A stretch of 57,604 bases of DNA, taken from NCBI GenBank assembly GCA_016208715.1, contig JACQXV010000195.1:1-57604 (forward strand), in the 5' to 3' direction. A program made the position numbers and the translations under genes. Origin of the DNA: Candidatus Woesearchaeota archaeon. Lineage in GTDB: Archaea > Nanobdellota > Nanobdellia > Woesearchaeales > UBA11576. A model generated the notes under the pieces. That model did not search any database, was not told the DNA's origin, and saw nothing but the letters and a program-made list of their open reading frames with translations. Positions 18,663-27,273 of this stretch are shown one piece after another. How positions within the stretch are numbered: the stretch's first letter is position 1; each line of letters opens with the position of its first letter.

Positions 18663-19607
18663 TTAGGTTGTTTGCGTGTTTTGAATTTCTACCATTCTGC
18701 TGATGGAATTCTTGTAACCGTAGTCGAGTTTAATCGTGAGTGGAGTTTGGTATGCGGCGCCTGAGAGACCATCGAACTTGCAGAAGATTGTTGCTATATT
18801 GTTCGCAAGTCTGATTGGCGAGGGTGGTTGGCACGAGCCGACTTTTCCACCAGCAAGCGTAACTTGATAATTGATTTTGTTGAGTGCGGTGTAATCAAGT
18901 TGATTTGGGCATTGGCTGAGTGCTCCTATATCGTATGCAACACCCAACGGCTGGATATTTTGAAGATGGATTCGAAAGAACATCGCTGATGGGGTGGCTT
19001 CGGATTCGACATTCGTAACCGCGACAGGCGCTCCTTGACCACCGCCGGTCGCGTATGCCTTTTGTACTGTGCATGCTTTGTCAGAGAGCTTGTCCTGCGG
19101 CCGTGGATCAATGCACACGAGCGGGTTTGCATTGGTCTGGTAAGGGTAGCATGCAGTGACCAAGAAATTTGGTTTGTACGTGATCATTGATTGCGGTAAT
19201 TGGGTGGGGCTTGAGACGAATGAAGCCGTTTGGTATCCTCCCTCAGGATTGAACTGTGATTTTGCATCGATTTGTTGTGGGAAAAGGTACGTGTTTGTTA
19301 ACCCTTGGATGATCGCCGGGTCAAAGCCACTCAGGTAGAGTGCTGCTGCCGGGACGGTGAATGTTCCTCTGTTGCGAACTTCAACAAGAATACTGATGGG
19401 TGATCCTGTGAAGATGATGTTGGGTGGTTGCTCAGGAGCAAAAGTCATGACGATTCCTTCAGTGCCGGTTGCCGCGAATGCCGCAGTAATGGGCGGTTGG
19501 TTCTTTCCTCGTTGCTCAAAAGCACCGCACCCTGCAAGAAGGAAGAGCATAACAAGCGTAAGGGAAAAAAAAGTAGTTCGATTCAATAACTGATCCGATA
19601 ATGTCAT
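18663..19607 (-). CDS. Secreted lipobox protein, paralog 2 of 3 (314 aa)
   Basis: Start placed at the internal ATG (MTLSDQLLNRTTFFSLTLVMLFLLAGC). The upstream part of the track ORF runs into a repeat element. Same conserved blocks as paralogs 1 and 3 (ACYPYQTNANPLVCIDP, GGGQGAPVAV). Confidence 0.65.
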   Translation of the reverse strand: MTLSDQLLNRTTFFSLTLVMLFLLAGCGAFEQRGKNQPPITAAFAATGTEGIVMTFAPEQPPNIIFTGSPISILVEVRNRGTFTVPAAALYLSGFDPAIIQGLTNTYLFPQQIDAKSQFNPEGGYQTASFVSSPTQLPQSMITYKPNFLVTACYPYQTNANPLVCIDPRPQDKLSDKACTVQKAYATGGGQGAPVAVTNVESEATPSAMFFRIHLQNIQPLGVAYDIGALSQCPNQLDYTALNKINYQVTLAGGKVGSCQPPSPIRLANNIATIFCKFDGLSGAAYQTPLTIKLDYGYKNSISRMVEIQNTQTT

Positions 19608-19677
19608 AAGGAATCCTCTTTTCGTCAGCTCCTCGACGATTCTACAGCTTCCACCTTTTAAATACTTTTCGGTGAGT

Positions 19678-19792
19678 TGTACGTGGAAAGCTTCGTCGGT
19701 AAGCGAACTTCGCCACATATGTACGACCAGCACCGCTCAGACGCGCTGCGCGCATCTTCGCTCATTTTCCGCCACAGCCAGCTCGTGAGCGG
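19678..19792. repeat. D-type repeat copy 1 (115 bp), 4 mismatches to the copy at 57365-57479
   Basis: Direct comparison of the two copies. The segment ACGACCAGCACCGC..CGCTGCGCG..TCTTCGCTCA also matches the left inner arm of the 2891 MITE. Track ORFs 19677-19895 and 57358-57543 are translations of this repeat. Confidence 0.75.
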
Positions 19793-19802
19793 TTTCAGTG
19801 TA

Positions 19803-21035
19803 TTATGGACAACAGACGATGGTTGCTGCCCCTGGGCAAAGCCCTTTGACGCATCCGAGATTCTGCAAACACGCAATGTTCGCATCAGGGCATGACGTGC
19901 TGATGTCCTTGCAAGAGTAGTCAGTATATGCTTGAGAACACGCGTCAGCAGTTGCACCCGCTGTGCCGCTGACTCCCGTTGGGGTTGGTTTTCCGCAATC
20001 TACATTTTGTCCAGGCGGCGGCGAAACAAGAATTGATTTGAGCGCGCTCTGCGACACTCGGTACGATAAGCGCGCAGTGACGGGCGCCACAAACGCTCCT
20101 TTTACTTGCTCTGGTGGGAGTGTTTTGCTGCACTTCACAACGCTATCGCCGCTTGTATGCAGTTCAAGTTGTTTGGCATTGCACTGCATCGCTTGTCCCG
20201 AAAGAAATACTTCAATTTCAACATTATTGAGGCTATCGGCACTAAAGCAGCCGTTTGGTGATTGAGAACTATAGATAGAAACCTTGCTGTTGAGTTTCGC
20301 GATGCCAACGGTCACGTCAACATTGATGTCTTTTCCATAGGGGACGACGCCTACGTTAATGGTAGTGACTCCTACAGGTCCTCCTTGTCCACCAGAGAAC
20401 GTAACGGGTTTTGGCGTGCACTCGGGTTTTTCTGATGTGGTTCTGCTGCGAACAGGATCGATGCAGACGCTTGCATCTGCTTGTGTTTGGTACTTAAAGC
20501 ACGCGATTGCCTTGAAATTGCTCGTGTAGTTGATTTTTGCCGATGCTGCACTTCCTGTGTAGCCGGGAAAGCACTGGCTTTCGACTGGAAATGTGACGAT
20601 GTCCTCACCGCCTTGGCTAAGAAACTGCGATCGTCCGGGAATCGTGAATGTTTGCGTTGGCGGGCTTGTCTGGAATTTCCATGCGGTTTGCTCAAAGCCG
20701 GCGAGCGTGACGGTCCCTTCGCTGATGTCGTACGCTCCCACGTTCTTGATGAGGAACGCAACGTTAAATTTGTCTTTGACGAAGACTGCGGGGGGCGGGC
20801 TGTTCTCCAAAAACTCGATCGATACAGCATCTGTTCCTCTACGAAAGTTTTCAAGAGTGAGCGATCTGGTGTCTTGTTTTTTGAAGGAGCTCTGAATGTA
20901 TCCGCATCCACCAATGCCAATAAGTAGAACTATAACGAAAATAAAATACAATTTGTTTCTTGCGCGCCTGTTTCTTGCACGCCTGCTTTTTGTGCGCAGA
21001 GGATACATTTGGTGTGTTGGGTTTATTTGATTCAT
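19803..21035 (-). CDS. Secreted lipobox protein, paralog 3 of 3 (410 aa), with Cys-rich C-terminal tail
   Basis: Basic N-terminus followed by LLIGIGGCG. Conserved blocks ACFKYQTQADASVCIDP and SGGQGGPVGV. The last roughly 70 aa contain 9 Cys. Confidence 0.65.
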   Translation of the reverse strand: MNQINPTHQMYPLRTKSRRARNRRARNKLYFIFVIVLLIGIGGCGYIQSSFKKQDTRSLTLENFRRGTDAVSIEFLENSPPPAVFVKDKFNVAFLIKNVGAYDISEGTVTLAGFEQTAWKFQTSPPTQTFTIPGRSQFLSQGGEDIVTFPVESQCFPGYTGSAASAKINYTSNFKAIACFKYQTQADASVCIDPVRSRTTSEKPECTPKPVTFSGGQGGPVGVTTINVGVVPYGKDINVDVTVGIAKLNSKVSIYSSQSPNGCFSADSLNNVEIEVFLSGQAMQCNAKQLELHTSGDSVVKCSKTLPPEQVKGAFVAPVTARLSYRVSQSALKSILVSPPPGQNVDCGKPTPTGVSGTAGATADACSQAYTDYSCKDISTSCPDANIACLQNLGCVKGLCPGAATIVCCP

Positions 21036-21077
21036 GACAGATTACATCGAATAGTTTTATCTCTTGTTCTAATTATT

Positions 21078-23342
21078 CTAAGCTGTAGATGGTGCCGGAG
21101 TCGTAGTTGAAGAGGCATTGCTTGCATTGTTTGATGTAACAGCAGCAGCTTTCACCGGCACCTTCTTCTTTTCGCACCGCGTTCCATTCGGATACAATAC
21201 TTCTAAATCATTCCGTTCCTGGATCACGTAGGAGTAAATTACGCTTGCGGTGAACGTTGCTGGCGTCGGTTCGTTCTCAACTATGAATGCTGCTGAGCTT
21301 TGATCGAGTGTGATATGGCAGGAGGGAAACACTTTTTGAAGCGATTTATCGACGCCGGCGAGTGATTCCTGGATTGTTTGTAAGTACTGCGGGCTTAATG
21401 AGAGCGTTTGTCCGCTCTGGATCCACGAAGGACACAATGATTGGCCGCTCACAGATTCTCCTGAACTGACGCGGAAGCCTTCGGGTATCGTGACACTGAC
21501 AGTGTCGATCTTTTTGATCCAGCCATCGATAGTGTTCTCAACCCCCACTTTAAGTTTGAGGTTCGTGTTTTCGTCAATGCCGATGAGCGGAAGTTTTTCA
21601 GTCAGCAAGAGGAGTTTGACTGGCCCTTTGTCTGAAATTGAGATGCTGCTGCTGAGTTCTGGCCAGATGCTGCGGATCGCAGAGTTAACCGCGCCTTCGT
21701 CGTCAAGGCTGATCTGTTTTTCTTTTGCGTATGCTTCAAGTCGGTCTCGCAGGACTTTCTTCTGGATGAAGTTATTTTGCAGGAATGCGTCTGTGCGCAT
21801 CGAATCGACTTGTGTTGAGTAGGTAATGCGGTAATTGCCGCAGGCCGTTATCTTTGGATAGCACGTGACGTCTTCGGTGAAGCTGAGCTGGTCCTTGACT
21901 TGTTCGGGTGTGATAATCTGCTGCACCCCGGGGTCACGGTCAATCTTGGTTTCTCCAGCGGTGGTGGTTACGGAAAATAGTTCGCGGTCCTTGAGTGAAC
22001 AAGTAGTTGATGCGGTCATGGAATGCTTGTTGCCAAACCCGTGGAGTCGTGTTGAGAACTCGGCAGGCTCTCCTTGGAGTATTTTTTTGGGATTTGGAAG
22101 AAGCGGCGGTTTATACTGGATGCCGACAAATTCCTTGGTAGTTTTATCCACGTCGCCTTGGATGTATTCTCCTGTTGCGATCTGTGTGTTGCGTTGCCAG
22201 CTGCGTTTGAATTCTTGTGCGATTCCTGCAAATCCTTCCTTGCCTTTTTCAACTGAAACGATGGCACTTTGTTTTGCTTCTCCTGATTGATAGGCGGCCA
22301 ATGCTTTGGGCATTGCATACGTCATGCCATACCCGAATGCAACGATGAAAAGCATGATGGTGACTATATTGATGCCGCCCTTCATTGCTCTTTTAAACGT
22401 GAAAGCGCCACGGCTCATTGCACGTGATGCAATCCATCCTTTGCCTGAGCCTGCTCTGATAGTCATCTTCCCGCCGGCCGCTTGTGCGGGTTGAGCCTCT
22501 GCAATTCCTTGAAGTTTGTTTTCGCGTTCTTTAACGTTGGCGAGTTCTTTTTCGGTATTGTCCAATTCTTCTTTGAGCGAGTCGAGCTGTTCTGTAAGAG
22601 GTTTGAGTTGGGAATCTTCAACCTCCTTGATTTCCTGCTTCTGGATTTTTCGTGTTTTGTAGATTGCAAACATATACCAAGGGAGAATGTCTAGCCCTGG
22701 AACCATATCGAGAAATGCGAGTCCCTTCTGGTAGTCCTTTCCCATTATAATTGGAAAGATGAACAGATTGATGCTCAGGTCAATCGCCGCTTCAATGACT
22801 GCTCCAACAACACTCGCAGTTATTGCTTCTTCAATGCCCGTGGCCCAACCGATGACGCCCCATGCGTCAATGCCCAACGCGAACAAGTAGCCAATGATGA
22901 CGCGTATAAAAGAGATTTTATTTTGATTGATTTCATCTTGTTTCTTACTGACTTCATCTTTCTTCGCATCGAAGTGCTTTTCAAGTTGCTCTTTTCTCCC
23001 TGTTTCTCCTGTTTCTTTGTCACCTTCGAGGCTTCGTCGCTGGTCCTCAAGTGTTTGCAATTCCCACTCGATCTGCTGCTGGCTCAGCTCTTCTGGTTCA
23101 GGCGGCTTTCCTTTTTCACGCGTCGCTGCTTGCTGTTGTTGCACTGGCTGCTGTTGAGGAAATCCTTGTGGGTATCGCGGCGGCGCCTGGAGCGGTGGAG
23201 CTTGTGCCCCTCCAATTTGGCCAGAACCCATTTGACCAGCAATGAGTTGATCTACGTACTCCGCGCTTGGTTGTTGAGGAGGTTTGGGTGATTGCGCTTT
23301 TGCCGGCATACGAAGTGATGCTCTCGCTTTCTTGCTGCGCAT
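21078..23342 (-). CDS. Large membrane protein (754 aa): P/Q-rich N-terminus, coiled coils, multi-pass TM block, large extracytoplasmic C-terminal domain
   Basis: Hydrophobic segments IRVIIGYLFALGIDAWGVIGW, VVGAVIEAAIDLSINLFIFPII, LDILPWYMFAIY and INIVTIMLFIVAFGYGMTYAM, flanked by heptad-rich E/K/Q stretches. S/T-rich C-terminus. Confidence 0.6.
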   Translation of the reverse strand: MRSKKARASLRMPAKAQSPKPPQQPSAEYVDQLIAGQMGSGQIGGAQAPPLQAPPRYPQGFPQQQPVQQQQAATREKGKPPEPEELSQQQIEWELQTLEDQRRSLEGDKETGETGRKEQLEKHFDAKKDEVSKKQDEINQNKISFIRVIIGYLFALGIDAWGVIGWATGIEEAITASVVGAVIEAAIDLSINLFIFPIIMGKDYQKGLAFLDMVPGLDILPWYMFAIYKTRKIQKQEIKEVEDSQLKPLTEQLDSLKEELDNTEKELANVKERENKLQGIAEAQPAQAAGGKMTIRAGSGKGWIASRAMSRGAFTFKRAMKGGINIVTIMLFIVAFGYGMTYAMPKALAAYQSGEAKQSAIVSVEKGKEGFAGIAQEFKRSWQRNTQIATGEYIQGDVDKTTKEFVGIQYKPPLLPNPKKILQGEPAEFSTRLHGFGNKHSMTASTTCSLKDRELFSVTTTAGETKIDRDPGVQQIITPEQVKDQLSFTEDVTCYPKITACGNYRITYSTQVDSMRTDAFLQNNFIQKKVLRDRLEAYAKEKQISLDDEGAVNSAIRSIWPELSSSISISDKGPVKLLLLTEKLPLIGIDENTNLKLKVGVENTIDGWIKKIDTVSVTIPEGFRVSSGESVSGQSLCPSWIQSGQTLSLSPQYLQTIQESLAGVDKSLQKVFPSCHITLDQSSAAFIVENEPTPATFTASVIYSYVIQERNDLEVLYPNGTRCEKKKVPVKAAAVTSNNASNASSTTTPAPSTA

Positions 23343-23484
23343 GAAGCTCTTCAGAGAATTCAGAGAATCACGCGGGTGAAAAAGAAGCTCCTGTGGTGTT
23401 TGTTGAGAAATCTCCCTGCACCTCTTTTGTTACAAACAAGAGTCGACTCCGCCGCCTATTCAAATCCATAAATGTGAAATAAAA

Positions 23485-23624
23485 GTATTTGTTTAGCAGC
23501 GTCGCCACCGACCTGCGAGCTAACGGCTTTCACATCGTCTCGCACGACTCTCGGTTCGGTAAGCGGCTTAACTTACACAGCGAGCGTCGTGGCGACGCTG
23601 CGATGTGAGTAGCTAAACAAATAC
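23485..23624. mobile_element. MITE-like element, B-type, short form (140 bp)
   Basis: TIRs GTATTTGTTTAGC and GCTAAACAAATAC. 13-bp perfect inner stem GCAGCGTCGCCAC/GTGGCGACGCTGC. It differs from the 43835 copy by 2 substitutions and 1 indel. No clear TSD. The right TIR overlaps the last 4 codons of gene 23613-24812. Confidence 0.8.
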
Positions 23625-24812
23625 GAGCCAGTCGGTGATATCTCTCTTATAGTCTGCTTCTTTTTGGTAGATGTTGGTCTCATGCCCGTTGAAGTTGATC
23701 TTGCCTGTCTTGAGTTCTTTGCTATCGAGGAACTTGAGTCGCAGTTCTACGCTGTAGCGTCCTGCTTTGAGGTCATTGATGGTGTTTTGGGTGATGTCGA
23801 AGTAAAACACGGGTTGCGTGATTTGTTTCATCTCTGATGTAATCTTAGTTAGATCCACAAGGTAGTTTCCTTTTTCGGTTCGGAAGATGATGAGGTTTTC
23901 TCCCTCGCGCAGAATATCCGGCGTGAATTCAATCGTGACCTTACCGCCGCAATCAGGCAGTGTTGAGTAGACGGAGTGGCCATTGATTGTGATATCAAGT
24001 TTTCCTACTTTTGTGACTTCACAGTCAGGAGCGAAGCGTAGAACACTGCGTTGCACGTTGTTCTTCTCGGTCGCGCTCACGATGAAGCTGTTCTGGCTTC
24101 GTTGTTGAGTAACGTCAGTAACATCTGCGGAAATTTGGACTGTTTGCAGACCGAATTCGTGCACGCGCCAGAAAAGCCACCCGACTCTGCTTGATTCAAA
24201 TTCGAGCGTATTCTTACCTTGCAGCAGACTTGACTTAGCAAGACGGAGCGGTTCGACGTTTTCTTGCGTGATCGGTCCATTGAATATCTCATTTCCGTTA
24301 AGTCGGATTACCAAACGTCCTTTGCTTCGGGTCGTTGCGCGAAATGTAAGAAGGACGTTGTCCGTATTTTCAAAGTCGCTGATTGCGAACGTCACGTTTG
24401 CGCGCTCTTGCCGCATGAATGTCGTTCGAACATAGAGGTTACTTCGCGTCTCAAGGATTTTGGCATTTTCCTTTGCAAAGAGATAGACTGCTCCGATGTT
24501 ATGCTCTATGTCTTTAGTGTCAAGGGGTGAGAGGGTTCCGGGTGTTGCTAAGAGCAGTGTATCGTTTGCACCGCCAGTCCCTGGTCCGGTCGTGGTGGTT
24601 TGATTTCCTTCCAGGATCTGGTCACGAAATTCAGGTGGAATGAAAAGGAGATAGAAGATAATGAGCAGTGCAAGGAGCGCTACAAGCGTTGCTGCAGCGT
24701 TTGCATCGGCTTGAGCTTTGGTGCATCGGCCCCGCTGAGAAAAATACGTTGAATAATGCGTTGAATAAGAGGCATTGTATGAATACATTGGAGACCGAAC
24801 CGACCGAACCAT
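23613..24812 (-). CDS. Membrane-anchored beta-rich protein (399 aa), function unknown; first gene of surface cluster 1
   Basis: Single N-terminal hydrophobic segment ATLVALLALLIIFYLLFIPP, then a T/G-rich linker and a beta-rich domain. The final codons VFV and the TAG stop lie inside the MITE terminal repeat. Confidence 0.6.
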   Translation of the reverse strand: MVRSVRSPMYSYNASYSTHYSTYFSQRGRCTKAQADANAAATLVALLALLIIFYLLFIPPEFRDQILEGNQTTTTGPGTGGANDTLLLATPGTLSPLDTKDIEHNIGAVYLFAKENAKILETRSNLYVRTTFMRQERANVTFAISDFENTDNVLLTFRATTRSKGRLVIRLNGNEIFNGPITQENVEPLRLAKSSLLQGKNTLEFESSRVGWLFWRVHEFGLQTVQISADVTDVTQQRSQNSFIVSATEKNNVQRSVLRFAPDCEVTKVGKLDITINGHSVYSTLPDCGGKVTIEFTPDILREGENLIIFRTEKGNYLVDLTKITSEMKQITQPVFYFDITQNTINDLKAGRYSVELRLKFLDSKELKTGKINFNGHETNIYQKEADYKRDITDWLVFV

Positions 24813-24916
24813 GCTGTTTTCACCTTTTAGAGTAGTGTCATTGAAGAAGGTTTAAATATATATGTTTTTTGCTTTTTAGGTGCTGTGTCCTTAAACGTGC
24901 TTAAAACGGGTTTATT

Positions 24917-25972
24917 ATGAAGGTTGTTTCATTTCATAAGAATGTAGCCTCCCTGCGCATTGAAAGCTTGGATGACTTGTGGTATTTGAGTTCGCTTCTG
25001 GAAGCGGGCGACTTGGTTGAAGGAAAGACGATGCGAAAGATCAAGCTCGGCGGAGGGGAGGAGCGCTCCACAAGCGTCGTAAAGAAGCCCGTGTATCTCA
25101 AGATTGAAGTCGAAAAGGTTGAGTTTCATAAGTTCTCAAATAATTTACGCGTTGCGGGAAGAATTCTGGAAGGGACTGAGGATATTCCAAAAGGAAGCTA
25201 TCATACTTTCGCGATCGAAGATGACTCTCAAATCAAACTTCAAAAGGGGGAATGGCTTTCGTTTCATAAAGAGCGCTTGCGTGAAGCGAGTAAAGAGCGG
25301 CGGCCGCCATTACTCATCTGCGTGTTTGATCGTGATGAGGCCTTAATCGCGATCATGAAGCAATATGGGTATGATCTTCTTGCACACCTGCATGGTGCTG
25401 TCCAGAAGAAACGTGATGTCACGCAGGTCACGTCAAACTTTTACGAAGAGATTGAGAATGCGATCAAGGAGTACATTGACCGTTTTCATGTTCGCAGTGT
25501 TCTCATGGCAAGTCCGGGATTTTGGAAAGATGAATTCCTCAAAAACCTTAAAGATGACGCACTGAAGAAGAAGATCGTTTTTGCAACTGTAAGTAGTGTA
25601 GACAAGGGAGCAATCAACGAACTGCTTGGGCGCCCTGAAGTAAAGTCTGTGCTGCAACAGGAGCGTTTTGCGCAGGAAGTGGCGCTGGTGAACGACTTAT
25701 TATCGGCTATTGCAAAAGTCGGACTCGCCGCCTACGGTCTCAAAGAGACTGCTGCAGCCGCAGAGGCTTGTGCAGTCAAACGTTTGCTGATCACCGACGG
25801 ATTTCTACAAAAAAAGCGAGAGCAAGATGCATTCGAGCCCATTCAAACCCTCTTGCATACCGTAGATAAAGGGAAAGGCGAGATCCACATCATCAGTTCA
25901 GATCATGACGGTGGCAAGAAGCTCGATGGGCTTGGCGGCATTGCTGCACTACTTCGATTTGCAATATCATAA
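24917..25972 (+). CDS. pelA: Pelota (Dom34 homolog), mRNA surveillance / ribosome rescue factor
   Basis: 351 aa. The N-terminal LRIESLDDLWYLSSLLEAGDLVEGKT pattern and the eRF1-like domain layout are typical of archaeal Pelota. Confidence 0.9.
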   Translation: MKVVSFHKNVASLRIESLDDLWYLSSLLEAGDLVEGKTMRKIKLGGGEERSTSVVKKPVYLKIEVEKVEFHKFSNNLRVAGRILEGTEDIPKGSYHTFAIEDDSQIKLQKGEWLSFHKERLREASKERRPPLLICVFDRDEALIAIMKQYGYDLLAHLHGAVQKKRDVTQVTSNFYEEIENAIKEYIDRFHVRSVLMASPGFWKDEFLKNLKDDALKKKIVFATVSSVDKGAINELLGRPEVKSVLQQERFAQEVALVNDLLSAIAKVGLAAYGLKETAAAAEACAVKRLLITDGFLQKKREQDAFEPIQTLLHTVDKGKGEIHIISSDHDGGKKLDGLGGIAALLRFAIS

Positions 25973-26120
25973 AAATCCGCCGCAGGCGTTCCACTCCGCA
26001 CTAAAGTGCGGAGTGGAACGCCTGCTTTGATAGGCGGATTTTTAGGATGCCAAAAACTTCGCCCTGAAGGGCGGGGTTTTAAACCCCGCACAAAAACATC
26101 TGGCGAAGTTTTTGTGCATC
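25971..26120. repeat. C-type two-hairpin repeat, copy 1, fused to the Pelota stop codon
   Basis: Outer stem AAAAATCCGCC/GGCGGATTTTT encloses a perfect 20-bp hairpin with a TAAA loop. A second hairpin pairs CAAAAACTTCGCC with GGCGAAGTTTTTG around GCCCTGAAGGGCGGGGTTTTAAACCCC. The architecture and anchor sequences match the copy at 36630. Confidence 0.65.
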
Positions 26121-26129
26121 ATAAACTTT

Positions 26130-26162
26130 GTATTTGTTTAGCAACGCCGCCGACACGCGCGA
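26130..26162. repeat. Truncated left end of a B-type MITE (TIR plus partial core), ending exactly at the ackA stop codon
   Basis: GTATTTGTTTAGCAACGCCGCCGACACGCGCGA matches the B-type left terminus and then breaks off at 26162/26163. Confidence 0.55.
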
Positions 26163-27269
26163 TCAGCGTCTTGTCAGTTTCAGAAGGTGTTCTACTTCCC
26201 GTGCAATCATCAATTCTTCATTTGTCGGGATCACGAGCGCCTTGATGCGCGAAGAATATTTTGTAATGATCGCCTTATTCTTTCTGTTTGCGCTAGAATC
26301 GAGAGCGACGCCGATGCAGGAAAGTTGTTTAAGGACGTTCTCTCGTAAAAGTGCTGCATGCTCTCCTATCCCTGCAGTAAAAACGATCGCATCGCACCCT
26401 CCAAGTTCTACGTAATATGCTCCAAGATATTTCACAAGGCGATGACACATTACGTCAAATGCGAGCCGCGCGTGCTGCGAACCCTTTCCTTTCCACGACT
26501 TCATCGATGCAATGATGTCGCGCAAGTCTTTTTTTCCAGACAGTCCGAGAAGCCCCGATTCCTTATTGAGTAGATTGACGACGCGCGCTGCGGGAATCTT
26601 TTCCTTTTCTGCAAGGTACGCGACGAGTGCAGGATCAAGATCACCGCTTCGGCTTCCCATCACGAGGCCTTCAAGAGGTGTGAATCCCATACTTGTATCG
26701 ACTGACTTGCCGCGGTCGATTGCGCATATTGACTGGCCATTGCCAAGGTGGCAGGTGATGAGTTTAAGCTGTGCTAGTGGTTTGCCGAGGATCTTTGCCG
26801 CTTCGTGAGCGACGTACTTGTGGCTGATGCCATGGAAACCGTACCTTCGGATGTGATACTTGTTTGCAAATTTGCGCGGTATCGCATAGGTGTATGCTTT
26901 TGGCGGCAGAGTTTGATGAAATGCTGTGTCAAACACTGCGACTTGCGGTACGTTCATCAATGAAAGACATACCTTAATGCCTTCTACTTCGGAAGGATCG
27001 TGGAGCGGTGCGAGTTCGCAAAGCATCTCCAGTTGCTTCACAACGGCCGGCGTGATTATTTCTGGTTGCGTATGCGCTCCACCGTGCACCACGCGGTGTC
27101 CGACCGCGTCAATTGTTCTATTGCATGACTTGACATCCGCGATGACTTGTTTCATGCCCTTGCAGTAATTAGTGACTCGTTCAAGATACCCGCGTGTGAC
27201 GAGTTTTTGAGATGCAAAAAGAGAATACTTGATTGACGACGAACCGATGTTGAGAACTAGAATGTTCAC
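26163..27269 (-). CDS. ackA: Acetate kinase
   Basis: Motifs VLVLNIGSSSIKY, HRVVHGG, GFHGISH and FTAGIGE. I place the start at an in-frame GTG (27269), 4 nt after the pta stop, rather than at the track ATG (27329), which overlaps pta by 56 nt. Confidence 0.9.
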   Translation of the reverse strand: MNILVLNIGSSSIKYSLFASQKLVTRGYLERVTNYCKGMKQVIADVKSCNRTIDAVGHRVVHGGAHTQPEIITPAVVKQLEMLCELAPLHDPSEVEGIKVCLSLMNVPQVAVFDTAFHQTLPPKAYTYAIPRKFANKYHIRRYGFHGISHKYVAHEAAKILGKPLAQLKLITCHLGNGQSICAIDRGKSVDTSMGFTPLEGLVMGSRSGDLDPALVAYLAEKEKIPAARVVNLLNKESGLLGLSGKKDLRDIIASMKSWKGKGSQHARLAFDVMCHRLVKYLGAYYVELGGCDAIVFTAGIGEHAALLRENVLKQLSCIGVALDSSANRKNKAIITKYSSRIKALVIPTNEELMIAREVEHLLKLTRR

Positions 27270-27273
27270 GCCG

